Source of the DNA: Patescibacteria group bacterium
GTDB taxonomy: Bacteria > Patescibacteriota > JACPGU01
Length of the DNA: 40,237 nucleotides
Assembly (NCBI GenBank): GCA_022703645.1
Contig: JAKLDG010000002.1
Span: forward strand, 1-40,237
Reading direction: 5' to 3'
Part shown: positions 21,370 through 28,999 of the stretch, in pieces
Position numbering within the stretch: the first letter of the stretch is position 1
Layout: each line of letters starts with the position of its first letter
Notes under the pieces: generated by a model
The model's database searches: none
The model's input: the letters and a program-made list of their open reading frames with translations, nothing else
Told to the model about the DNA's origin: nothing
Translations under genes and position numbers: made by a program

Positions 21370-22611
21370 TTATGCTGTTGGAGCGTCAGGATTTTTTTCG
21401 GTTGAAACTAAATCCAGTCTCCGTCTTAATTCATTAACACTTCTTGTAAAAAATGGCAATCTCGAACTTAATTCTAATGATATTTTTTCCGGTGTATAAC
21501 TTACTTTTGAAATATAAGTATTCGTTGCCGTCACATTCGCAATATCATATCCCCATTTATCCACTCCCCATAATGCTTGCCCCCAAAGAGTATAAGTCTT
21601 TTTTGATAAATAGTTCAATATTTTAGCAATATTACCCGGTTTAACTGTTTCTATGTCATAACCTTTTTCCGATTCTTCATTATTATTGTCAAGGATATTC
21701 GCTTGCGTTCTAACTTCCGGCTCATCATTCAAATCAAGTTGAGCGTCAGCGAATTTCTGCATAGTATCAACATCAGTCAAGCGGTTGTCTGTGATAAAAA
21801 CTGCACTCCTGCCATAACTGGCTATCGAAGCTGAGCGGTCATATACTCTAAACAAATTTTCCCCAGCAACTTCCTTTCCTATAACATAACACACATTTTT
21901 AATATTTTCCACCCTCTTACTTGGTTTTAATTGTTCAATGTCTTTCCCGACAAAAAAAACGTGTTCTGGTTCTTCCGCAAATTGTTTCAAATTTATAATA
22001 TTATTCTCATCTAAATACCAATACCAGTCTGCCGGACACATTTCTACTAATTTATTGATAGCGTCCATTATCATAATTGTATTAAATTCGTAGTCGATAG
22101 TTATTGCGGTATCTTGGATACTTGTCAAACTGTAATTTATTTTTCCAACTACTCCGTCAATATCATTGTATTTATCAATAATGTCTTTCAAAATATCGCC
22201 GGGTTCTTGTCCGGTATAAACTACTCTCGTATTTCCCAAAGTTGGGCTGTCATTTATTCCACTGCCATTGTCCAATAATTCTATCTGTGAAAGTTCTTTG
22301 ACATACCCCAATAAAATTACTTCAATTATTTCATTATTTCCGTCAACTCCTGGTGTATATGTCGAAATAAATCCATTATAAATAATTTGTCCGTCATTAT
22401 TGTCTTTGTCAAAACATCTAACAATAACTTGATTGCGAAAAGCGATGTCGTCCGACTCTCCAAAGTCATCTGCCAATCTTGCCAGTTGCACTGTCATTTC
22501 ACTCAATCCCGAATTTAAGCTCATCGAAAAATTTGGCTCGCTGATAACATCATTCCAAGTCGTGATATAAGTGCCGTCATTTTCATAGACATCGTATTTA
22601 TAGCGTTTCAT
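21370..22611 (-). CDS. Tail-tip/baseplate hub protein (Tal-like N-terminal domain)
   Basis: 413 aa, immediately after the Dit-like gene. The N-terminal pattern YDVYENDGTYITTWNDVISEPNFSMSLNSG...QVIVRCFD is typical of siphovirus tail-tip proteins. Position and motif only. Confidence 0.55.
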   Translation of the reverse strand: MKRYKYDVYENDGTYITTWNDVISEPNFSMSLNSGLSEMTVQLARLADDFGESDDIAFRNQVIVRCFDKDNNDGQIIYNGFISTYTPGVDGNNEIIEVILLGYVKELSQIELLDNGSGINDSPTLGNTRVVYTGQEPGDILKDIIDKYNDIDGVVGKINYSLTSIQDTAITIDYEFNTIMIMDAINKLVEMCPADWYWYLDENNIINLKQFAEEPEHVFFVGKDIEQLKPSKRVENIKNVCYVIGKEVAGENLFRVYDRSASIASYGRSAVFITDNRLTDVDTMQKFADAQLDLNDEPEVRTQANILDNNNEESEKGYDIETVKPGNIAKILNYLSKKTYTLWGQALWGVDKWGYDIANVTATNTYISKVSYTPEKISLELSSRLPFFTRSVNELRRRLDLVSTEKNPDAPTA

Positions 22612-22614
22612 AAT

Positions 22615-23376
22615 TTACAAATATTTTTTCTTATAACTAAAAACTATATCCACATTTCTTGCGTCAAAATCGTCAGTATATTCCCAATTATTATCTCCCG
22701 GATACCAAATTGGCATAATTCCTAAATACTCAATAATCGTTCCATTTCTCGATACAGTTTTGTTTTTTATGGAAATAATAATCACATCATCAGCTGTCCA
22801 ATCGTCTAAGGTTATTTTCACATAATCCAAAGTGTTCAAATTTTTTAATTGCATAAACTTTGTTGACGATGCAGTCAATGAATTTATCGTTATCTGAATA
22901 TCCGGCTGGGCTGGCGCTGTTCCCTCTATCTCAATGTCGTCTGTGTAAGGGCTGGTCGTTTTACCGGCAAAAGATTCCGTTGTGCTAGTGGTGTCTTCGC
23001 CAAAAGCCTTGTAGCACTCAAATTTAACCTCTATTCTTGCCCATTTTAAGTATCGTTCCACTTTTTCCACAAATCCACTACAAATATATCGTCGAGTATC
23101 ACTAGCATACTCAATGTCCAAGTTTTTTTCTTCGGATTCAATCGTTTGTTTGAAATCGTCTATTCTTGTGTCTAATAATTCTCTTGTCGTATCTTTGATA
23201 ATCACAGTCATTTTTATTGTTCTAATCCCATAATTTCGGCGTAAAAAAAGACTCTCGTTTGTGCGAGCAATTTTTTGGACATTTATATCCGGCTTGGCGG
23301 TGTTTTCGTGGTCGCTGGTTTCAACGAAATAATTGACTGCATCATTCAAGTTCAAACCATTAAAAAGTATTTCCAT
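22615..23376 (-). CDS. Distal tail protein (Dit-like)
   Basis: 253 aa, directly downstream of the tape measure. The N-terminus MEILFNGLNLND...LFLRRNYGIRTIKMTVII resembles Sipho_tail-type proteins. Confidence 0.55.
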   Translation of the reverse strand: MEILFNGLNLNDAVNYFVETSDHENTAKPDINVQKIARTNESLFLRRNYGIRTIKMTVIIKDTTRELLDTRIDDFKQTIESEEKNLDIEYASDTRRYICSGFVEKVERYLKWARIEVKFECYKAFGEDTTSTTESFAGKTTSPYTDDIEIEGTAPAQPDIQITINSLTASSTKFMQLKNLNTLDYVKITLDDWTADDVIIISIKNKTVSRNGTIIEYLGIMPIWYPGDNNWEYTDDFDARNVDIVFSYKKKYL

Positions 23377-23380
23377 AAAA

Positions 23381-25204
23381 TTACGCTATTCCCCAATCCG
23401 CTTTTTCTTGTTCGCGCGACAGGGATATTTTGATTTTATCAATTAAATTTTCTATATCTAAATCATTACTAAAATAATTATCTCCCGAAATTTGAATCGT
23501 GATATTTTTTCCTCCGCCAGTCATTCCTCCTGCGTTGGGATTATATTTTTTTGGCACAACTGCCTCTCCCTCGTGTAAAATTGCCATAGTATCTCTCGGC
23601 ACATAATTTGTTCCGACTGCTAAGGTTGGTAAATCTGACACTGCGGAAGACACATTGCCTATTTTTCCAATATCTACTCCCGGCACTTTATTCATTTTCT
23701 CAATCAATTTATTAAGCTGATTGATGACCGCATTTATCATAACTGTAATAGCGGAAACAATGCTCTTGAAAATTCCGGCGCCGAAATTGTAAATCCCCTT
23801 AAAAATATTTTCAAACATTGTTTTTGCGTCTTCCCAAGCCTTTTTCCAATTACCAGTAAAAATATCTATGGCTATTTTGAATACGCCAGAAAATAAAGCC
23901 CAAGCAACTTGAAATACGCCAACTATGGCTTGCCAAATACCGGCAAAAAATGTCTTAACATTTTCCCAATTTTCTTTCCAAAATTTTAATGCCTCATCAC
24001 TTCTCTTTTTTAATTCTTGAAATAATGGAATTACATATTGCTCATAAAAATTTACCATTGCTTGAAAGACTGCTTTCAATTTATCTTGCATACCTCCCCA
24101 GTTTTCATTCCAAGCTTTTGCCAATAAAAAGACTATCGTTCCAATAGCGAGGATTGCCAAAGTGACTGGAGCCATTGCAATTACAACTGATATTCCCCAA
24201 GCGACAAATGCGCCAGTCAAAACAGCCAGCACAGCAACCATTACTGCTTTTCTATTTTCTACATCACTAAAAAATTCTTTCAATAAATTATAAACTGGCT
24301 CAATATAAGTCCAAGCTAATTGAGCAAAGTTCTGAATAGCATTGACAACATTGGTAAAAAAGTTTATAATATTTTCCTTATTAGCGTCTATCCAAACGAT
24401 AAAATTACTAGCGGTAGTTCTTAAAATATCAAAAATACTTCCCTCTCGGACTACTCCCTCTTGACTGATACCGACAATTTCTCTCAAAGCCATTGAAGTA
24501 TTATCTTTAAGCGTTGACCATAAACCGGATAATGACTTGGCTTGTTGCGCCATCATTCCGTGAAATTTTCCGCCCTCATCAGTCATACTTTGCAAAGCTT
24601 TTTGCACTTCGGGATAGCCAACTTTTCCTGCCGTCACTAATTCATTTACTTTCTCGACTGACACTCCCATAGTGGAAGACAAAGCCTCATAAATTGGAAG
24701 TCCACGCATAGCAAATTGACGAATATCAATCGTCATTGCTCGTCCTTGTGTTTTGAGTGTTCCAAGTAAATATCCTAAATCTCCAATCGGCACATTTAAT
24801 CCGGCAGAAATATCGCCAAGCATTTTCATTCCGTCCACTGCTTCATTGCCAGTCATTCCAAAAGCCATTAACTGTTTTGTGGTGGTGGCTAATTCAGGAA
24901 ATTCAAAAGGCGTTTCAGCAGCGAATTTTGAGATATTTTTCAAAATATTTCCTGCTTCCTCCGCACTGCCTGTCATCGTGGTCATTGCGATTTTTGTCTG
25001 TTCAAAATCGGCGGCTGATTTTACTCCGGCAACGCCTAAAGCAGTGATTCCAGCGACAGAAGCGCCAATGCCAACGGCTACTTTTTGACCAAGATTAGCA
25101 AAGCCCGAGCCTAAATTACTAAGAGTGCTATTGGCAGATTTTAGTCCGCCGGACATCTCGTCTTTTAGTCTTAATATCACATCTAATTGAGTTTGTTCAG
25201 CCAT
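23381..25204 (-). CDS. Tail tape measure protein
   Basis: 607 aa with a TP901-type core (FEQTKIAMTTMTGSAEEAGNILKNISKFAAETPFEFPELATTTKQLMAFGM...LGDISAG), internal TM-like segments, and a position after the G/GT chaperone. Confidence 0.9.
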   Translation of the reverse strand: MAEQTQLDVILRLKDEMSGGLKSANSTLSNLGSGFANLGQKVAVGIGASVAGITALGVAGVKSAADFEQTKIAMTTMTGSAEEAGNILKNISKFAAETPFEFPELATTTKQLMAFGMTGNEAVDGMKMLGDISAGLNVPIGDLGYLLGTLKTQGRAMTIDIRQFAMRGLPIYEALSSTMGVSVEKVNELVTAGKVGYPEVQKALQSMTDEGGKFHGMMAQQAKSLSGLWSTLKDNTSMALREIVGISQEGVVREGSIFDILRTTASNFIVWIDANKENIINFFTNVVNAIQNFAQLAWTYIEPVYNLLKEFFSDVENRKAVMVAVLAVLTGAFVAWGISVVIAMAPVTLAILAIGTIVFLLAKAWNENWGGMQDKLKAVFQAMVNFYEQYVIPLFQELKKRSDEALKFWKENWENVKTFFAGIWQAIVGVFQVAWALFSGVFKIAIDIFTGNWKKAWEDAKTMFENIFKGIYNFGAGIFKSIVSAITVMINAVINQLNKLIEKMNKVPGVDIGKIGNVSSAVSDLPTLAVGTNYVPRDTMAILHEGEAVVPKKYNPNAGGMTGGGKNITIQISGDNYFSNDLDIENLIDKIKISLSREQEKADWGIA

Positions 25205-25205
25205 A

Positions 25206-25795
25206 TTATTTTTGATTATCTTTCGCTTGTTTAATTAGTTCTGCTTTATCCTCCGCCTGCATACAATCTACAATTTCTTCTATAAAAAATGCAGGCTGGG
25301 CATTGTAGGTATAAAAATCCCAGCCCATTCGCCTGCATATTATGTATCTTGCGTATTCCGGGGATAAACTTTTACCTTTGCCGGGAAATGCTAATGCGTC
25401 AACTAATTGCTTTCCGTCAGTTTTTTTTTATTCAGTTGATTGATTTCTAAATCTAGCGCAGTTCCGTCGGCTTCCTCTATAAAATCTTTAATTGCTTCTA
25501 TGCTCGCCTCATATTCCGTTCCGTCAATGTCAATCAATTTTTTGATAGCGGTTTCTCTAGCAAAGTTATTGGCTTCCGTCAATGCACTAAAATCAAATTC
25601 CATTCCTGCAAATATTTCCTCGCCTGTTCCTCCCTCTTTCATTTGCAAGATTTTTTCTCCGTTGATTTTCTTATCTCCTAACATTTTCATTCTAAATTCT
25701 TCAATTTCAGATTTTGAAAAATAAGTGATAATCTCAACTTTTTTACCGGAGGGTAATTCAAAGATTTTAGTGGGTCTTTTATATTGGTTTGGCAT
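25206..25795 (-). CDS. Tail assembly chaperone -1 frameshift product (gpGT-like)
   Basis: Hand translation of the -1 frame from the A-run gives TDGKQLVDALAFPGKGKSLSPEYARYIICRRMGWDFYTYNAQPAFFIEEIVDCMQAEDKAELIKQAKDNQK. This is open across the whole 198-nt gap and stops 1 nt before the tape-measure ATG. Confidence 0.6.
25403..25795 (-). CDS. Tail assembly chaperone (gpG-like)
   Basis: 130-aa acidic protein between the major tail and tape measure genes. It ends just after a slippery A9 run. Confidence 0.7.
   Translation of the reverse strand: MPNQYKRPTKIFELPSGKKVEIITYFSKSEIEEFRMKMLGDKKINGEKILQMKEGGTGEEIFAGMEFDFSALTEANNFARETAIKKLIDIDGTEYEASIEAIKDFIEEADGTALDLEINQLNKKKLTESN
25421..25429 (-). promoter_or_regulatory. 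Slippery site (A9; A AAA AAA) for -1 programmed frameshifting
   Basis: The minus strand reads AAT AAA AAA AAA CTG ACG. Homopolymer run of 9. Confidence 0.6.
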
Positions 25796-25815
25796 AATCT
25801 TTTTTATTTAATTAT

Positions 25816-27006
25816 TTAATAAGTTGATACTCCGTTGACTAGGGTTATATCAAGAGCAATCGCCTCGCTATTGTCGTATTCCACAAAAAATTCAGTTTCG
25901 TCAAATACATATTCGCCGATGGTGTTCTTGTTTTCCAACTTGCTTGGCTTGATATTGTATAGCTTGATAGTCAGACTGCAATAATCTCCACCAGTTCTTA
26001 CAATGTCGCCAGTGAATAGAATTGTGCAGGCTTTTTTGGCAATATCATTGTATTGGCGCGCGTCCTCTGCTCTTTCAAATAACTTCTTTATCGTCAAACT
26101 TGCGTCAGGAACTCCCGGAAGGATAACTGGGTCATTACTTCCCGAAGCGTGCCTTAAAACCATTTCACGGCTAATTTCTAGCTTCAAATCATCTACTGGC
26201 GTTGCTAAGGCTAAACTAGCGACATTAGCGGTTGCCTCTGTTTCGTTTGCTCCTAAACCGACTAACATTTGCCCAAATTTGAAAGGTCTTTTCAAAGTAG
26301 CATAACTGGCAGTCAGTGGTTTCAAAGTTATCAATGCTCCGGCGGTTGCTGTGATAGTGGTTGACGCACAAGTGATTGACTTATTTCCCGACACAATAGT
26401 TGCTATGGTCACATCAGTAGCCACTCCGTCTTCCCAAACTTGAATTACATCGCCAGCAACTAATCCATAACAAGGTTCAGGGTCATATTCCTCATTAAAT
26501 TCTACGCTAGTCATTCCTGCTCCTGTTAAAGCGGTCAAAAGAGTTCCAGCGTTAAATTTGGCTTTTGCCACAATGTCAGCCTCAAAGACTAAATAGCCTT
26601 TATCAAAAGACATTGACAATTTATTTACTTGGCAACCGACAAATCTATGCACGGCATTTCCTTTGACAATTTCAATAGTGTAATAAGCACTATCATCAAC
26701 TGTAAATGGGTGCGTGTATCCGTCAGCGTCTCCACTCTCTGTTCCAAGAGCCAAAGCCATATTGAGAAAATATCCGGCATTGGTCGGGTCTGCGTAAAAT
26801 TTAACTTTTCCGCCGTGAGTTCGTTGACCTTGTAAAATCAAATTCGATTTCCAGTCAATCCCGACAATCTGTTCCACTCGTTCATTTTTCAAATCACTAC
26901 TTAAATCTTCTTCCAAGATAGGAACAAAAATACTTGGAATTACTGCGGTTGTTGCATCGGCTTGTTTGCCGATAGCGAAGTAAGCGGAGTCTGCTTTATA
27001 GTTCAT
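25816..27006 (-). CDS. Major tail (tube) protein with inserted/extra domain
   Basis: 396 aa, immediately upstream of the chaperone and tape measure genes and downstream of the neck genes. Beta-rich, with a T/A/G-rich central segment. Positional call. Confidence 0.6.
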   Translation of the reverse strand: MNYKADSAYFAIGKQADATTAVIPSIFVPILEEDLSSDLKNERVEQIVGIDWKSNLILQGQRTHGGKVKFYADPTNAGYFLNMALALGTESGDADGYTHPFTVDDSAYYTIEIVKGNAVHRFVGCQVNKLSMSFDKGYLVFEADIVAKAKFNAGTLLTALTGAGMTSVEFNEEYDPEPCYGLVAGDVIQVWEDGVATDVTIATIVSGNKSITCASTTITATAGALITLKPLTASYATLKRPFKFGQMLVGLGANETEATANVASLALATPVDDLKLEISREMVLRHASGSNDPVILPGVPDASLTIKKLFERAEDARQYNDIAKKACTILFTGDIVRTGGDYCSLTIKLYNIKPSKLENKNTIGEYVFDETEFFVEYDNSEAIALDITLVNGVSTY

Positions 27007-27010
27007 ATTT

Positions 27011-27190
27011 TTAACTTAATTTATTATCTAATTTTTTAACTTCCTCTTTCTTTTTCTCTTTAATAATTTGCACAAAATTTGGATTGCTTATTTCTTTTTC
27101 CGTTTCAATAATGGCTTTCGACTTTACCATTCCAATACCCGGTAAAATCAATTCCTGCTCCGAGATATTTTGATATTTTTTCTTTGGCAT
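27011..27190 (-). CDS. Small hypothetical protein (59 aa)
   Basis: Hand translation: MPKKKYQNISEQELILPGIGMVKSKAIIETEKEISNPNFVQIIKEKKKEEVKKLDNKLS. Confidence 0.35.
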   Translation of the reverse strand: MPKKKYQNISEQELILPGIGMVKSKAIIETEKEISNPNFVQIIKEKKKEEVKKLDNKLS

Positions 27191-27202
27191 AGTATTTAAT
27201 TA

Positions 27203-27294
27203 TTTATTACTTAATCTTATTTATTACTTATACTCGGGAAAAACCCAACTAGGGTATTTCCCAACTAGGGAAAATCGGCACTAGGCTCTATCGA
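27203..27294. repeat. Second origin-like repeat block: 2x TTTATTACT plus 3-4 tandem 16-bp iterons (array inverted relative to 10674..10721)
   Basis: TTTATTACT occurs at 27203 and 27220. The iterons are TACTCGGGAAAAACCC (27231..27246), AACTAGGGTATTTCCC (27247..27262), AACTAGGGAAAATCGG (27263..27278) and a degenerate CACTAGGCTCTATCGA. ACTCGGGAAAAACCCAA is identical to the minus strand at ~10.70-10.72 kb. Confidence 0.6.
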
Positions 27295-27715
27295 CAAAAT
27301 CGTGAATGGTTATCGTAAATTCTGCGAAGATAAAAGGTTCTTCTAACATTATATCATAAAAATTTTCTTCTGCAACATCTACTTTCATACAGTTGCCGGA
27401 AAGGTCGGAATTCTTGTCAAAAGCCTCATTTACCATATCAACTGCCGTGTCCAAAATTGTCTCTGCTTCGGCTCGTGTTTTGTTGCCGGTAAATTCATAA
27501 ATCAATAACAAAGTATAGCTCCAAGTCCGCTCGTTTGAGTGAGTGTCTGCCACTCTGCCACCGCCAGCTTTTTTATAAAATTCTGCCGTTGGAAAACCGG
27601 TAAATTCTTTTTTATGTCCATATCTAACTTCAGAAAAAAGCAAAACATTGTCTTGTTCTTCAAGAGCCTCGAGCATATTTTTTATCAATGGCGTGAAAAT
27701 AGAATAACCTTTCAT
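27281..27715 (-). CDS. Neck/tail-terminator-like protein
   Basis: 144 aa, lying between the HK97 gp10-like gene and the major tail gene. Positional call only. Confidence 0.4.
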   Translation of the reverse strand: MKGYSIFTPLIKNMLEALEEQDNVLLFSEVRYGHKKEFTGFPTAEFYKKAGGGRVADTHSNERTWSYTLLLIYEFTGNKTRAEAETILDTAVDMVNEAFDKNSDLSGNCMKVDVAEENFYDIMLEEPFIFAEFTITIHDFVDRA

Positions 27716-28086
27716 TTTAATTCTTTTACTACTTTACTTAAAACTTGTTTCATTTCATTTTTAATGGCATTTTTTGCCTTGTTATATCCTAACATCATAA
27801 ATGGTCTAGCTTTCATAAATCTTGTTCCCTCGTGAACAAAGGTGGCATAGGTAGTGTGCGGACTAATTACGACGTGTGGTTCGGCTCTTAATGCCAAGGA
27901 ACTTGAAACGCTGATACTGGTTCTTAGTCTGCCTGTTCTGACTGGCGTTCTTAATTTGCTCTCTCTTTCAACCATATACCCTGACCTCATCAATGCGTCC
28001 ATTACCATTTTTTTGATATTCTCCGGCGCGCTTTCCCATTTACTAACTAATCTACTTAATCCTTTTATTTCAATATTGTATTTCAT
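27712..28086 (-). CDS. HK97 gp10-family neck protein
   Basis: 124 aa. ERESKLRTPVRTGRLRTSISV...TYATFVHEGTRFMKARPFM matches the HK97 gp10 family pattern (aPv.TG.Lr.si...YA..vE.Gt...a.PF). Confidence 0.7.
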   Translation of the reverse strand: MKYNIEIKGLSRLVSKWESAPENIKKMVMDALMRSGYMVERESKLRTPVRTGRLRTSISVSSSLALRAEPHVVISPHTTYATFVHEGTRFMKARPFMMLGYNKAKNAIKNEMKQVLSKVVKELK

Positions 28087-28088
28087 AA

Positions 28089-28394
28089 CTATAATTTAGC
28101 CAATAAAACTTCCATATGTGGAAAAGCACCATAATCGAAATTTTTAATTGACTGAACTGTATATTCCACTTCTTCCAATAATATTCTGTCGCTTTCTTTC
28201 AAATCAATTTGCTGACAAAATAATTTGAAAATCTTGCCAATTTTTTGACTGCCAATTTCTTCCAAATCTCCGTAAGGTTGTAGCATACCTGCTTGGGCGG
28301 TCAAATATTCTTGATAATCGCTCTTTGAAGTATCCGCAATATCGGTTAATCTTTTTGTAGTAAATTCAGTTTTTAGTAATGATTCAAACGACAT
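28089..28394 (-). CDS. Head closure protein (SPP1 gp16 / HK97 gp9-like)
   Basis: About 101 aa. ...AQAGMLQPYGDLEEI...DRILLEEVEYTVQSIKNFDYGAFPHMEVLL is typical of head-closure proteins. The start is set at ATG 28394; the track start is TTG. Confidence 0.55.
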   Translation of the reverse strand: MSFESLLKTEFTTKRLTDIADTSKSDYQEYLTAQAGMLQPYGDLEEIGSQKIGKIFKLFCQQIDLKESDRILLEEVEYTVQSIKNFDYGAFPHMEVLLAKL

Positions 28395-28995
28395 TTTGTT
28401 TAGTAAATTCTTCAATTATTTCTTTAGCTAATTCAAAATCTTTCCATTGGTCATCTTTATAAGAAACAGAATAGTCGCCAATTTTTTCACTTTTGATTTC
28501 TCCGTCTGCGTGATTGCTAAAATTCATAATGCCGGAGGCTAAAACCATTGTAGCGAAATTTATCTGTTTTGGCACTGTTGACGAGTAGCCAAATTGACCG
28601 GTTATTTTGATATTTCGGATTCCAGAGTTAAAAACCGAAATTAAGGGGTTTCCGGGTGCGACAATCAGTTTACGCATAGGCTGGCTGTTGTAGGGATAGC
28701 CGTAGCAATGCGTATCTAGCTCCAAGGTGTATAATATGGTTCCGTCGGTATCAAGTATCTCAACAGAGGTAATTTCGAGGCACTCGTCGATATACATTTC
28801 CTCTTTTCCGTTGCCGTCAAAGTATCTGACTTCGTCCTCTGCGTCATCTTCAAGTATGAAGTTTCTGCCGGTTCGCCTGTCAATAATTGCTTCGGCAGTT
28901 TCAATCCAGCTTTCAATCTGCGTTTCAAATCCACTCTCAATTTCCGTAAGAGTGTAATTTTCGATTTCTTCAACTGAACAATATCCTTTTAACAT
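28384..28995 (-). CDS. Head-tail adaptor (gp6-like connector) with C-terminal extension
   Basis: The N-terminus SVEEIENYTLTEI...QIESWIETAEAIIDRRTGRNF resembles gp6-like head-tail connector proteins. Confidence 0.6.
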   Translation of the reverse strand: MLKGYCSVEEIENYTLTEIESGFETQIESWIETAEAIIDRRTGRNFILEDDAEDEVRYFDGNGKEEMYIDECLEITSVEILDTDGTILYTLELDTHCYGYPYNSQPMRKLIVAPGNPLISVFNSGIRNIKITGQFGYSSTVPKQINFATMVLASGIMNFSNHADGEIKSEKIGDYSVSYKDDQWKDFELAKEIIEEFTKQNVV

Positions 28996-28999
28996 ATTT

